Of a stretch of 64,000 nucleotides of DNA, positions 50,266 to 63,235 are shown piece after piece. The notes below the pieces were generated by a model, which ran no database searches, was not told the origin of the DNA, and was given only the letters and a program-made list of their open reading frames with translations. The stretch's first letter is position 1. Each line of letters opens with the position of its first letter. Source of the stretch: Glycera tridactyla (lineage: Eukaryota); the NCBI GenBank assembly GCA_965644265.1, contig OZ286459.1, forward strand, positions 75,206,001 through 75,270,000. The letters are read 5' to 3'. The translations under genes and the position numbers were made by a program.

Positions 50266-52372
50266 TACTTTCAATTGACATTCCAACCTACATAAAATAA
50301 ACACTCCTGGGCAAAGTTGATCATAATGAAATCTGCCCTGAGAAACATATGCCAACATTGCTGAGAGACCACTTTTTCAGCACATCTTAGCTATTTTACA
50401 CAGTCAAATATACTTCCAACAAGAAACCATCTGTTTTCAGGGACTACATTTTAGAGACTGCAGATTCACTGTATTGCTGAGATATGTTTAACTGTCTGAG
50501 GAGAGAAACCCACAACATAAACAGCCTGGGATAGAAGACCACTTATCCGGTGCAAGTTTATTTGCTATTCGACATTATTTTCTGGTGATATTTAGGCTGG
50601 TCTCTATTTCTGAGTTATGTGGAGCCCCTTACAATCAGGCTCGTCACATGATCTCTCCAATAATTCTGCACAGATCATAAATGTGGATTTACTCCAGCAT
50701 ACACCAGCATCTGACTGCATCAGTCTTTCCATACTTTAATTGAATATGAATTCCATAGCTGACACAAATGTCAAAGATCTGACGTCAATATCAATCAACG
50801 CAATTTGAGTTAGTTCACAGATCGGAATAATTTTGAATTGTTGCCAGATTTTGTCTGAAATCATATCAGATTTGCTTCCCTTTAAAACCATGTATTCAAT
50901 GATCTTTTGTAAAACACATAAGTTGAGTACGGTATTCACATTGGTAGGGATGATATATTACAAGTTTGATTTTTCATATCCGACCTACTGTGCATCAAAG
51001 GAAGGGGCATGACTCAGGCGGTGTGACATGTAGTTGGAATTTGAGTCGTATGGATTCAGCAGTTCATGAGATATCACCAAGATTAGTGATGGATGGACGG
51101 GCAGTGATGAAGCAATTAACATCTATAGTAGCTGTTTCAGAAAAGCATTTCTGCGAGGATAAGATTCAACAAACGAACAAAGACATCTCATCCAACAAAT
51201 AATTTTCCTTGTCCACAAAATTACTTGAATTTTCATTATAATTTCCAATGAATACACAAACATTCTGGAAGACATTGGCACGATCAGTCACATTTGCTGA
51301 AGGAGTACTATGTTGAACCAACTGTAACAGAGAATAGGGCTTACCCTGCTATATATGAAGTCTCAAGTGGCCACTGCCCAAGCCTTTTTACCTGGGATTT
51401 CACCACCTGGGCCTTATTCACCTAGCATTTTTCTGCCAGCCATTGTGAGCTTTTCTTGGGTCCATTCACCATGTTTCTGCTTTGTTGAATCTAGGAATCT
51501 AGGACCGAGCCATTGAAATTATCAGAATGACCCAGTACCACCTAAGCCTTTCAGATAATCAGGGAAAACTGTGAGAATGGTGCATATTCCCCCCCCCCCC
51601 CTTACCGAAATATCTGGTCAGATATCATGATCTGACATCCTAGATCTGACATACCAACCATCTACAAAAACTGTAGAGATTTATTTTCAACCAAAATAAA
51701 TTACCATTCCACTCACTCATCTCATGACTTTGCCACCATTCCACAAAATGTGTCATTTTGTTTGGAAAATTGCACCATGAAAATGGAGATGTACATGTAA
51801 TTCCAATTGCAATTGATTTCCAAAAATGGGATAGATCACTTAAATGGTTCATAAAGCTATTCTCCATTTTATACTTCATTTGACAGGCTTGGAAATGGTG
51901 AATGAATAGCATTCAGAAGCGAAACTGACACATAATAGTTAACAAGAATGTTCCAACACATTAAACAAGAATAAATGCTATGTGGTCTTTATATTCAGTA
52001 ATGCCTTACATATCCAGGTGTATGCTTATCCTGGGGTATGATTTATTAACATCTTATTCTAGAGACATAATTAGAATCACATCTGAGTGCCTGAAAACAT
52101 CGGAGCAATATGAAATTCAAACATATCAACTTGATGGAGTGTGCTGCATTCTTTTGAATTGGCTGGCATCTGAAATGTCGATGAGAGGTGTGGTTCAGCG
52201 AGGATATGCCGAAAAAATGTTCCACGAAACTGATTGATCTCCCCCAACACATGGAATGCCCATTAAACAGAAACACCTCTCTCAAGAATTTTAACCAAAT
52301 ATGGCTCAAATTCATCGAGGGCCATTCAGAAATTACAGTTCACTTGTTGCAAAGACAGACCCACCTGTGATG

Positions 52373-52492
52373 CAGTGTTGGCTCCGTGCTATGGCTGTAG
52401 TGAGACATTTGTCTCGCCACTATTCGAAATGTGAGACATTGCACTCAAATGTGAGACATATGTCTTGCAATCTCGCCTGATATCCAACACTG
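52373..52492. mobile_element. CAGTGTTGG-type MITE (gagacat repeats), probable 6-bp TSD
   Basis: gtgatg|cagtgttgg ... ccaacactg|atgatg (5 of 6 match); homolog at 62940-63135. Confidence 0.8.
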
Positions 52493-53059
52493 ATGATGAG
52501 CAGATTACATTTCCAGGGCAGCTGTTCCATCCGACACAATCAGATGCACTTCTTGAGTGATGGCATTTCAGATTGCTATATATTGCCATTTGAGCTCTTT
52601 TTTTTACAGCTTTCTCAGCATATTCATTGGTGAGTTCCAGCAGGTTTTTTATTCATTCATCTTCAATGTGGTTCAACAGCATGTATCACCCCAGAAGATT
52701 ATGTATGATGTGTGTGTTCTGTCCCCTGCAGGCATCATTTACACAAACCCTGAACGCAAGATGGTGGAACCTGAAAGGTTGTCAAGTAGAAGTAGCTGAC
52801 AATTCAGACATACCTCTAACTGCACAACATAAACTTATTAAACCTATGGTGGCATATCTAACCACATGACTGGCTGGAAGCTGATACTCAAGCCTGATAG
52901 CAATTCTTTCTTTTCAAGCAGAGCCCAGCACTTGAAACAAGGAAAATCTTCAGTGAAGAACCAAGCAGACAAAAGACTTGTTTGTTTTCTGGCAACATCA
53001 ACCTGGCTCCATGACTTCATCAGGAACCCAACCATACACTTTATAAATTGAGTAAACAA

Positions 53060-53227
53060 CTTAATCATGTATGAAACTATGTTTCGCCATACACCATTGA
53101 AAAGTAAAAATGTCATTTTCAGAAATCACCCTATTTCTTGTAGATTTGAACCTGGGATCTCCAGCATGGCACCAACCACCTAGCCTGTGACAGAGCAAGC
53201 TGTCTTGTATGCTGAGCTATGTGGACT
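53060..53227 (-). mobile_element. tRNA-derived SINE head
   Basis: Minus strand gtccacatagctcag (A-box-like, 53219-53212) ... aggttcaaatc (B-box, 53152-53143); no cloverleaf or CCA end. Confidence 0.55.
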
Positions 53228-53344
53228 GCTGAAAAAAAATGAGCAGCCACCCACCTTATCCTGGGTAGCTGCTTGTCAAAGGCTTGCTTGCTATAGTATG
53301 CACTGTATTCACAAGAGAAGCATGTATCTCTGTTAAGACAAGTA

Positions 53345-53566
53345 CAGTGAAACCTGTCTTTGGAGACCCCTCTTTTGGGAGACCACCCTCTAATGGGAGA
53401 CCGCTCTTTACCAGCTCTTCTCTATTTGACGTAGTCAAATATACCACCAATGAGAGACAACCTGTCTTGGGAGACCGCCCCAAATGCCAAAGAAAAGCGG
53501 ACCACCTGTCTTGAGAGACCGCTTTTCTTTGGCATTTGGGGCGGTCTCCCAAGACAGGTTTTACTT
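53345..53566. mobile_element. Family B2 MITE with an internal 42-bp inverted duplication
   Basis: ta|cagtgaaacctgtctt...; perfect inverted repeat 53459-53500 / 53519-53560. Confidence 0.92.
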
Positions 53567-55609
53567 TATCAATTTGTGTTTACATGTTTTTGATTTAACT
53601 ACTTTTCCAAAGACACATTACTTTTTTGACTCAGTCAAATATACCTACGACAAGAGACCATCTCATGCGTGAGACCATTTTTGGTGACATTCAGGGTGTC
53701 AATTAATTTCTTGTGATGGACAAGTAATTCCTCAGTAAATCTACATGCAACCAGAAAAAAAACACCTGTCCTGAGAAACCATAACCTGTTGAATTCAGGG
53801 CTCATGCTCCTCCCAAGTTCCTCAGTATTTCAAATGTATGGTAGAAAATAGCAGCATGTCAGTATGCTTTTATTTGAGTCCCACTGAGGAGGCAGTCAAT
53901 CTCATTCCTCTTCATGATTTCAAGAATCACACTGCCAATATTTGGGCCTACGGCCATGTTGTTAAACACAGTAATCAAATATTGATAGGAACTAACTACT
54001 GTTAAATCTGCTGAAAGTGTCATTTCTCTAAAAAGCCACCTGTGATAAATACTTATTTATCATGTTACCATGGCAGTAGTTTCCACTATAAATCACCTCT
54101 TGGAAGATGCTGACAGTCGAGGAATACCACTCTTCATGCAAGCAAAAATGGCCTTCCTATACAGGTTTGACCATACCATCAATTTTGTTGGAATGACAAT
54201 TAACCAAAGGTGTATGCAGCACCCATATCAAATCAATCTTAACTTGGGATTGATATGTTGCTAAAATTTGATTGATTAATCTTCAAAGTATCACTGTCCA
54301 TAAATTATTCAGATACATTGGAGGAGATTCATCTCCCAAAGTTTTGTCACTGTCTAATCATGAAATGCAGAAAACACCATCAAACATGTAGACTATACAA
54401 GATTATCGAGCTTCTCTGGGATATTAGCTACATATTGTATTACAGCATATCTGTATAATTTGATATGGATGTGTGAAAGGTCAAACAGGTTACAAATGCA
54501 ATGACGGCCTGGCCTTGAGGAAGCTGGCAATCTGATCCCATGATCATAGGCTCTTGCTTTCATGGAATACATCATCATATTTCACACATTCACATCTCAT
54601 CAGTCTGGCCTTGGGTGGTATGATGAATAATGAGGCCTATCTTCAAAGTTTAACTCTTAATAAATTCTATATTAATTTTCCCCATTTTAAAACTCGCCTC
54701 TGTATGATATAAAGATAACATAATGCACAATATGTCACTGATGAAAGGAGCGGGAACTAGAATCACTGTAATTTTGGGAGAGTTTATTTTTTCCCTTGGT
54801 CGATTTTCAATGACACAGATCATTTTATTCAATGTCACGCTAACAAGTAAATACTCAGTTGAAACGGTGTGAAGAATTCAAGATGTGTTTACACGCATGA
54901 ATTGTTCACATCATGACAAAAACACACATAAGCATGAAATAGATACACTCAGTAAATTTGTGATAGCACCTCAAAAACGTTTCTGAATGAATAAGGGATG
55001 TTTTTAGCCTTGATTTATCTGGGTGTATCCTGCACTAAATGTTATCTCATTTTATCCATTCATTTCTTATATGTTACTAAGCATTCACTGGAGCTGTATC
55101 TTTCAAACTACCCAAGGCCCCTTAGTCATTAGTCCATGCACCCCTATAATCAAATTCCATGTGAGAGACATACATTTGTCGGTGATCAAATCGAAGTTGA
55201 CTTCATCAACGTGTTCATTAGGCATCAACAATTCGGGTCACCATGCCGGGAATAAGAATGAAGAGGTTAGCCATTCAATGGCTCAGTTAGATTTATTTCT
55301 AGTTTAATATTCATGTAACAACTGTTAACAAATGCCCCTTTCATGCTGTCACCAGACGTTGAGTGCATCTATTTTCCTCCGAGAAAGAAGCAAAGTGAAA
55401 ATAGTTCTTCATTTCGATAATTTTCCCAATTATAGGTTTTCTAAACACTAACATGGTACAATCAAGAGGTCCCGCCAAGTTTTTCGACCTGAGCTTTCAT
55501 CTTATTTGTGGACCTATCTCATTATGATATATGCCTGATAATGTATTTGTCAGCCCATCTTCACCAACTGTGTGTATGCAGAGCTGGAATTGAAATTACT
55601 GGACTCGTA

Positions 55610-55785
55610 AAGTGAAACCTGCGACGAGAGACCCCCCGACGAGAGACCACCTCCGACATGAGACCGCTTTTCCAGGGCAGCTTTTCCATTTGACAAAGTC
55701 AAATATACCTGCGCTGAGAGACCACCTCTTTGAGAAACCGCTTTTTGGTGACATTTAGGGCGTTCTCTCATCGCAGGTTTTACTG
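55610..55785. mobile_element. Family B MITE
   Basis: ta|aagtgaaacctgcgacgagagacc ... tcgcaggttttactg|ta. Confidence 0.93.
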
Positions 55786-56548
55786 TATACATATGTGCTT
55801 GGTATGCATTGTCTAACCTGCCTTATGAAACCACTGTACTAAGCAGCCATATTTGATGTTCCCACCAGATATGATTTCCCTGTCCTAAGCAATCACCTGT
55901 TCTAAGCAGCCACTTTTGCCCTCCCAAGGGTAGCTGCTTAGAGCAGATTTGACTACATCCTGCATAATGGAGACTTTCAGTAATCAGTATAAATTTGCTA
56001 ACTACAGTTCAATATCAAGCGGAACAACCATCTGACTCATACTTTAAGTCTCAACGAGAAACCTTTTCAGCCACTCTCCCATCAGGAGAGCAGACTGGAA
56101 TAATCACTCTCTAGAAAATAAATTCGTTCTCCTGAATTTCTTCAAAAAGTGCAAGGAAAACAAACTCAAAGGAGGAGAGCAAGATATTTGTGTGAGTAAA
56201 TGCCTCATCGTGAGGTAAATTCCAACTTATCCATCATGTGACTGATTATCTAAGTAGCACCAACTCATTTCGTGCTCAGGTTCATTCTTCAGAATAAAGA
56301 AATGTGCAGGTATGTGCAAAGTCATCTTGCTGGGAAAAGGCTTTTTTGTTGTAGGAGTCAAAATCATGTTGCTGTCTTCCCAAAAAATTCATAACTGAAA
56401 AATTTATACTCACCCATCAGGACAGTGAGTTTGGTCTTTTCAATCTCCAAAAACCAATTCCACTCTCCCTGGGATTGAGGACAGTGGCTAAATTCAAAGA
56501 CGGCTTTAATGAATAATGATCAAATATATTCCAGAATATAATGACTGA

Positions 56549-56619
<71 letters not shown>

Positions 56620-56622
<3 letters not shown>

Positions 56623-57028
56623 CAAATCCCATACAATCCAAAAAATAATTTGGGCATTTGGAACACATTTCATGGACCTGTTGCCAGTACAATCTGGAAA
56701 TATGTCTCTGACATGATTTCTATCACTAAAAAAATGTGTGTGAATGTGAGTGCCAGGTTTCGTGATACATTGACCTCTGGGGGTAACACACTGCCAGCGC
56801 TCTGGCTTAACTGCGTCCATTGCAGATCCATTTTTGTGGATCTGCCGTGGGGCAGGGGACAAGAGCGTTGGCAGTTTGTTGCTGGCGAGGGTGCCAAACT
56901 GGAAGGTTGATGGTTCAAATCCCATACAAGCCAAAAAATAATTTGGGCATTTGGAACACATTTCATGGACCTGTTGCCAGTACAATCTGGAAATATGTCT
57001 CTGACATGATTTCTATCACTAAAAAAAT

Positions 57029-57060
<32 letters not shown>

Positions 57061-57062
57061 GC
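56620..57062 (+). mobile_element. Partly duplicated S1 SINE copies
   Basis: 122-bp direct repeat (56620-56741 and 56913-57034, one mismatch) starting at the B-box ggttcaaatccc; homologous to 29.4 kb. Confidence 0.75.
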
Positions 57063-58405
57063 TTGTGTACATGCACATTAGCATGAGTCAATTTTGTCTC
57101 AACCTCAAATGATTGAGGTGAATAAAATGGCCAATGTCTCATGAGTCACAAACATCTATACCTTACAAAGTAGACAATTCATTCCAATGATGACATATTA
57201 TGACAGTTAGTAAAGATGCCCCTCCTTCATGCTGTGAGCGTATACATGTGCACTTTTCATAAACAGAGAGGGCATGGACACACTCCATGATCCGCATTGT
57301 AATAAAGACATTTCTACAGGTTTCTGGAAACATTCATTTATGCTCGACTGATATTCCCTACTTCTCTCTATACTTATCTATGGAAGGTGATTTCATTGAT
57401 AATTACAATGCAAGTAGAGACCAGGATGGTGTGATGACCATCTGAAAGCTGTGCTATTGATTAAGACAATAACACTGATTCACTGAGCTGCCTTCTGGTT
57501 AGAGTGACACCCTGTGGCAAATATTGGAAACGTAGTGATAGAGACTGGTAGTGGGAATGAGCTCATTGCAAGTTCCACCTTGTGTTAATACAGTGGAATA
57601 CCCTGGTGGAAATTTCTGGAACTAAATGATGTTATTCTCTATATCCATGAGACAAGGGATTATTTCTATCTGCGGTACTGCAATCCTTACCACATCACAA
57701 ATAGTAAATGGCACTCACCTAAAACACACAAAAATACCAAATAGTTAGCTTTGAGAAACACCAAAGTTCCATCATCATCATGAGACTTCTCTCACACAGA
57801 TGGGACTATCACAATCTGGTATGATACCAGCGAGAGATACTGTATATGATCATGCATACATGGCTGCTAACTCAGTGTCCTGAAATGGGATAGCAATCAA
57901 TCTATGATGATATGGAGTGTGCAACCTTGTCTACAAATGATAGTTCTGGCCATGGTGGAAAGATGGCAAAATGGCAAAAATGGATGAAAACATTGGCTCA
58001 TAGCTTTGCCACTAAATAACCGACGAAATATAGAACTCACGGTGAAACGATTATAGGATAAAATTCCTTGATATCCAATTGTATATAATCCATGCATGAA
58101 CCAGTTTGCGGGAAATTTGTATATCCAGGGCTCTGAATCATGTGACGTTATCATTCTATTTTCACCTGAAGAAAGCCCCAGTTCTCCTCTCCATGATCAT
58201 ATCTTGTTTAACTCAACATTTACAGTGGGAGCCTTCAAATTATTTCTCTCAAGTATGTCATATGTTATTTTCCGCAATTTTCTTGTCCGGTGTATAATGG
58301 CACTCCATGCACCAGCTGACAGGAACATTTTGGCATTCCATGCAGTAATGGGTTGGGAAGGGTTCTTGCTTAGTGCAGTGCATGCTTAGGGCAGGGTCAA
58401 AGGTA

Positions 58406-58581
58406 CAGTGAAACCTGCGACGAGAGACCACCCTAAATGTCACGAAAAAGCGGTCTCTCAAAAGAGGTGGTCTCTCGTCAGAGGTATATTTGACTATGTC
58501 AAATAGAAAAGCTACCCTATAAAAGCGGTCTCCCGTTCGAGGCGGTCTCTCATCGGGGGGATCTCATCGCAGGTTCCACTG
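58406..58581. mobile_element. Family B MITE
   Basis: ta|cagtgaaacctgcgacgagagacc ... tcgcaggttccactg|ta. Confidence 0.94.
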
Positions 58582-59024
58582 TAACAGCGAACTGCCAACA
58601 AAGATTACTTCAAGTACCAACCAAAAACGGACTCCCAAGAGATGGACGGATAAAAGAGATCTCACTCAGGCCAGCCTTGAATCAAATTTGAAGATACATC
58701 AAAGTGTTCAAAAAAGTTGTTGATGGAGCTGTGACATTATACAGTTTGATGGATCACACTTAGAGCCGATGCCAGGTGTGCACATAGCATCTAGGGTCCT
58801 GAGTTTCCCAACATATAAATCATGTTTGGCCATTAGATATGTACTAAAATCTGCCTTATCCAAGATCACCTTGATAACACTCCCTAAATCATTATTTGTC
58901 ACTGATATGAATACTTTCAGGTAGTTTTCTACCTTTATGCATCACAAAATACAGGTGGCCCTGTTACTAATATTGTTTTCATCCCTTACTTATGAAGTGT
59001 ACAAAGCAATAGTTTTTGAAGAAG

Positions 59025-60947
59025 AACAAGGCATCAGTGATGCGGGGTCCCCCGCCGATGTGGGACTATGACAGTGAGCACCTCTGCTTCCCGAACTGTG
59101 CAGAAAAAATGTGTTGGTTTTCTTCATATGGGGTCGACAATGTGCATGCCATTATGGAGTGTTTCAAGTAAGCCCATCATGGGCAGCCCATCACTTTGCC
59201 CAATCCCAGAATAAATGTGCCAGTGCACATATGAACAATGAGAAAGATTAATAAGATATGATTTGGTATGAATCAGTGCATTTGTTTTGAATACATGGGT
59301 TCTGCACAACGCATGCCATCCTGAATTTGAGGCTCTTCAAGAAGATGCTTCCAGAAAGGTTGATTCAGTGTGGATTGGTGCAGCAGTCCACACTACATGG
59401 GTTCCTATAAGTCCATACCATCGACCATTTCAAATATCAATGGGCAGCCTATGCTATCCATCACTTGCCCAAACCCATGATAAAGATGTCAGTGCACAGC
59501 TACACATGAAGACACTTCAGGGAAAGTTCATTCGATGTGGATTGGTGAAGCCGTTTTAGAGAGATGAGTTCCATTAAGTCCAAATAAGAGTGCATGCCAT
59601 ATTTAAGTCCTTCAGACATTTCAACTGCCCATGGGCAGCCCATTGCATGTACAAATTTGTAATAAATCTGCCAGTGCATACCTACACATCAGGACGCTTC
59701 AGGAAAACTTTATCTTGTGTGAATCGGTGGAGCGGTTGTGGAGATATGAGTATTGCATGGGAGTGCCTAGCATTCAGACATTTCACCTGCCCATGGGCAG
59801 CCCATCACATGGCCGAAGCCAGTATAAATGGGCCAGTGCACGCCTACACATCACGGCACTTCTAGGAAACTTGATTTGGTGTGAATCGGTGCAGCCATGA
59901 TGGAGATATGAGTTCCGCAAAATCTTGATGAGTGTGTATACCATGCTGAAGTTTTTCAGACATTTCAACTGTCTATGGGCAACCCATCACATGCTTGATT
60001 CCAGAATAAATGTGCCAGTGCACACCTACACATCAAGACATTTCCAGGAAACTTAATTGGGTATTGATTGGGGCAGCAGGTATGGAGATATGAGTTCCAC
60101 AAAACCTTGATGGAAGTATGTACCATCCTGAAGTTTTTCAGATATTTCACCTGCCCATGGGCAGCCCATGAAAGGCTCAAAACCATAATAAGCATGCCAG
60201 TGCACACCTACACATCAAGATGCTTCTAGGAGATTTGATTTGGTGTGAATCGGTGCAGCCATTGTGGAGATATGAGTTCCACAAAATCTTGATTGGAGTG
60301 TATACCATCTTGAAGTTCACAGACATTTCACCTGCCCATGGGAAGCCCATGAAAGGCTCAAAACCATAATAAGCATGCCAGTGCACACCTACACATCAAG
60401 ATGCTTCTAGGAGATTTGATTTGGTGTGAATCGGTGCAGCCATTGTGGAGATATGAGTTCCGCAAAATCTTGATTGGAGTGTATACCATCTTGAGGTTTC
60501 CAGACATTTCACCTGCCCATGGTCAGCCCAACACAGGCCCAAATCCAGAATAAATATGCCAGTGCACACCTACACATCAAGGCGCTTGTAGGAAACTTGA
60601 TTTGGTGTGAATCGGTCCAGCCATAGTGGAGATATGAGTTCCGCAAAATCCTGATGACATCCTGAAGTTTTTCACATTTCACCTGCCCATGAGCAGGCAA
60701 TCACATGCCCAATTCCAGAATAAACATGCCAGTGCACACCTACACATCAAGACGCTTCCAGGAAACTTGATTTGGTGTGAATCGGTGCAGCGGTTCCAGA
60801 GATACAGGTTCCGCAAAGTTGGCGTGCGCGGACGGACACCGGACGGACACCGGACGGACAAGGGACGCACGGACGGACGCACGGACGGACGGACAGACGC
60901 CCACTATCTTATAGTCCCCCTTCCGGTGTTTCGGCGGGGGACAATAA
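59025..60947 (+). mobile_element. Non-autonomous Helentron (HINE/DINE-1-like) with an internal ~181-bp tandem array
   Basis: Inverted pairs gtcccccgccga (59047-58) / tcggcgggggac (60931-42) and gggactat (59062-69) / atagtccc (60911-18); 3' hairpin; (GGAC)n tract at about 60828-60897; about 9 monomers. Confidence 0.88.
59170..60810. repeat. ~181-bp satellite-like array inside the HINE
   Basis: The cctacacatc anchor recurs at 59681, 59843, 60025, 60207, 60388, 60569 and 60739. Confidence 0.95.
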
Positions 60948-61000
60948 ATGAATACTTACTCACTCACTCACCTACTCAATCAACTAATTATACTGATATT

Positions 61001-61096
61001 CAGTGGAACCTGCAATTGAGAAATGCCCTGAAGTCTTGTTTTGATGAACTGCTTTTTGATGACATTTAGAGCAGTCTCTCATCACAGGTTTCACTG
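61001..61096. mobile_element. Internally deleted family B MITE
   Basis: cagtggaacctg ... cacaggtttcactg|ta. Confidence 0.75.
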
Positions 61097-62062
61097 TAAT
61101 AATTCTGCAGGGCAGTGACAAAGTGATCTCATGCTACAGATCTGAAGCTGCCAAATGTAGCAACTGCCATCCTTCTGGTGTCTACCACCCTGGGCAGCAC
61201 CGGTACCTATGAGAAAATAAGCCATATATATATCCATGACCTGGCTTGGACAAAAAGTACCATATGTGTTGTGATAGTAGAGAGAGTTGTAGGAAGTTAT
61301 GGTTTGACATGCACTGTATTTTCACCAATCTGTGGTCACTCCTCATCTCAGGTCGACACCAAAGTCCCTTCTTTTCGCAAGGCATCGTGGGAAAAGATGA
61401 GCGAGATTCGTTTTCTCCATCACTTCTCATTTCGAAAGTAAGACAGTTTTGGTGATTACCAGCTGTCCCTGAGCAACCAGACAGAAATAAATCAAGAAAG
61501 CGGTTACTCAAGATGGACAGCAACTTGTCAAAGGGTCAATCATGACAGTCAGATATATATATATCTGTGTACATCTGCTACAGTCGAATCTGTACACAGG
61601 CGATGTGTTTTCCACAATTTTGTCACCATTTCCAACATGATTTTAATTGAAATGGTACAAATTTACTGTATAGAACTTCCAGTGATCAGCTGCCCAGGTT
61701 ATAGATATCTGCCTGTTTTTGAAGCGGACATGCTCTCATTTCATGGCTTTTGTTTGATGAATCTGCTGACACAATTGGCAAATCTTTATAAATAGTGAAA
61801 GTGTAGTCAGGGAAAAATTGCTCATATGGATAAATTTTCAATTTAAAGATTTTGGTGTAAGAATGGTCATCGAGTACATCCTGGTAACCAAGGTGATATG
61901 AATGCAATTGGATGGCAATCACTTTTATGTGCAATCACCTAATGAGATAATGTTTGTCAGTCATAAAAATGCATGGAGTCAATTATGTTTATATCTATAG
62001 AAATCATTCCCACACACTGTTATGACAAACACATTCATCCTCGTATCGAAGTTACTACCTCA

Positions 62063-62178
62063 CACATGTGCGACAGTTGTTCACTGTCTCATAGAGTGTG
62101 CACATGTGCATCAGTTGTCCACTGTCTCGTAGATAGTGCACATGTTCACCAGTTGTCCACCGTGTCATAGTGTATGTG
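62063..62178. repeat. Diverged ~38-bp tandem repeat, 3 copies
   Basis: Unit approximately cacatgtgc..cagttgt.cactgtctc.tag..tgtg. Confidence 0.8.
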
Positions 62179-62359
62179 CACAATAGATGGCTGCCAGCAT
62201 GGGTTGCCGTCATCCATGGTCCACTTTCTCTTTGCATAGTACTCTTTATAAATACCAACACTGACAGTAAATGGCACAAGATTATGAAAATGTATTCATA
62301 TCCTTATCTATGCATGCATGCTCACCACATTGCATATGTTTGTCAATCTGAACCATATA

Positions 62360-62527
62360 CAGTCAAACCTGTCTATAAAGACCACATTTGATCGCATCAG
62401 AAAGCGGTCTTTATGGGCAGGTGATCTTTATAGAGAGGTCATTAACTGTTGAAAATACTACCACGGTCGCAGCTCAGGTGTTCTTTATAGAGAGGTGGTC
62501 TTTATAGAGAGGTGGTCTTTCGAGCAG
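62360..62527. mobile_element. Family A MITE, right TIR clipped
   Basis: ta|cagtcaaacctgtctataaagacc ... ggtctttcgagcag. Confidence 0.88.
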
Positions 62528-62704
62528 TATTCTTAATGGAGGTTGGTCTCACAATAGAAGTCAGTCTCTTACTGGAGGTCAGTTCCTCATCAGGAGCCCC
62601 CCTTCGCAGGTATCCAGTGTATGCTGACTCGGTTATCAAAGGCTAACCATGTGAGTTAATGTCTATGCTGCCTGCTCGTAATGATCCACTCTGATATTTC
62701 ACAA

Positions 62705-62912
62705 AACGAAGGGGAAGCTCCCTGACAGAAGTGCCCCACTTCTCCAGCGAATATTTTTTTTTATGAAGAAAATTTGAAAAATACAGAAAAAAATGGAAAA
62801 AATAAATATTTTCATCCTGAATTATTCTCTTTGATTCGATCAATTCGATCTGGCCATGACTTTGATCCTGCCTGGGTTGAAGCGACATTTAGCCCTACTC
62901 AATCAATCAACC
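62705..62912 (+). mobile_element. S2 SINE-like retroposon 3' part
   Basis: ...gacatttagccctactcaatcaatcaacc; aligns to 41079-41292 (-). Confidence 0.7.
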
Positions 62913-62939
62913 CCTTCACAGGTTTCACTGTGACAGCTG

Positions 62940-63135
62940 CACTGTTGGCTCTGAGGTATGGCTGACATTTGTCTCGCCACTATTCAAAATATGAGACAAT
63001 TTACACAAATATGAAACGAATATTCAAGTGTTTGTTCTGGGTGGGACTGAAGTGAGACATCTGTCTCAACACTATGATACATTACACTCAAATGTGAGAC
63101 AAATGTCTCACAGTCACCCCTGATATCCAACACTA
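62940..63135. mobile_element. CAGTGTTGG-type MITE with exact 6-bp TSD
   Basis: cagctg|cactgttggc ... ccaacacta|cagctg. Confidence 0.8.
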
Positions 63136-63235
63136 CAGCTGACTGACAAATTTCATCTGAGAAGGTGACTAGACAACCAGGCCCACTGGTTTTTCAATGT
63201 ATGCGATAAAGCCCCATCATCATGATTGGAAAATA

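Noticed and set aside
52609-52870. Plus-strand 20-nt micro-exon and downstream strong acceptor
   Set aside because: Good splice signals, but downstream frames end in stops with no donor; nothing links them to a gene.
53143-53227. Possible tRNA gene (also 56860-56925)
   Set aside because: A/B boxes only, no cloverleaf; treated as SINE heads.
59287-61069. Cluster of ORFs with recurring HLHI..L.GNLIWCESV-like peptides
   Set aside because: Read-through of the 181-bp satellite; monomer lengths break the frame.
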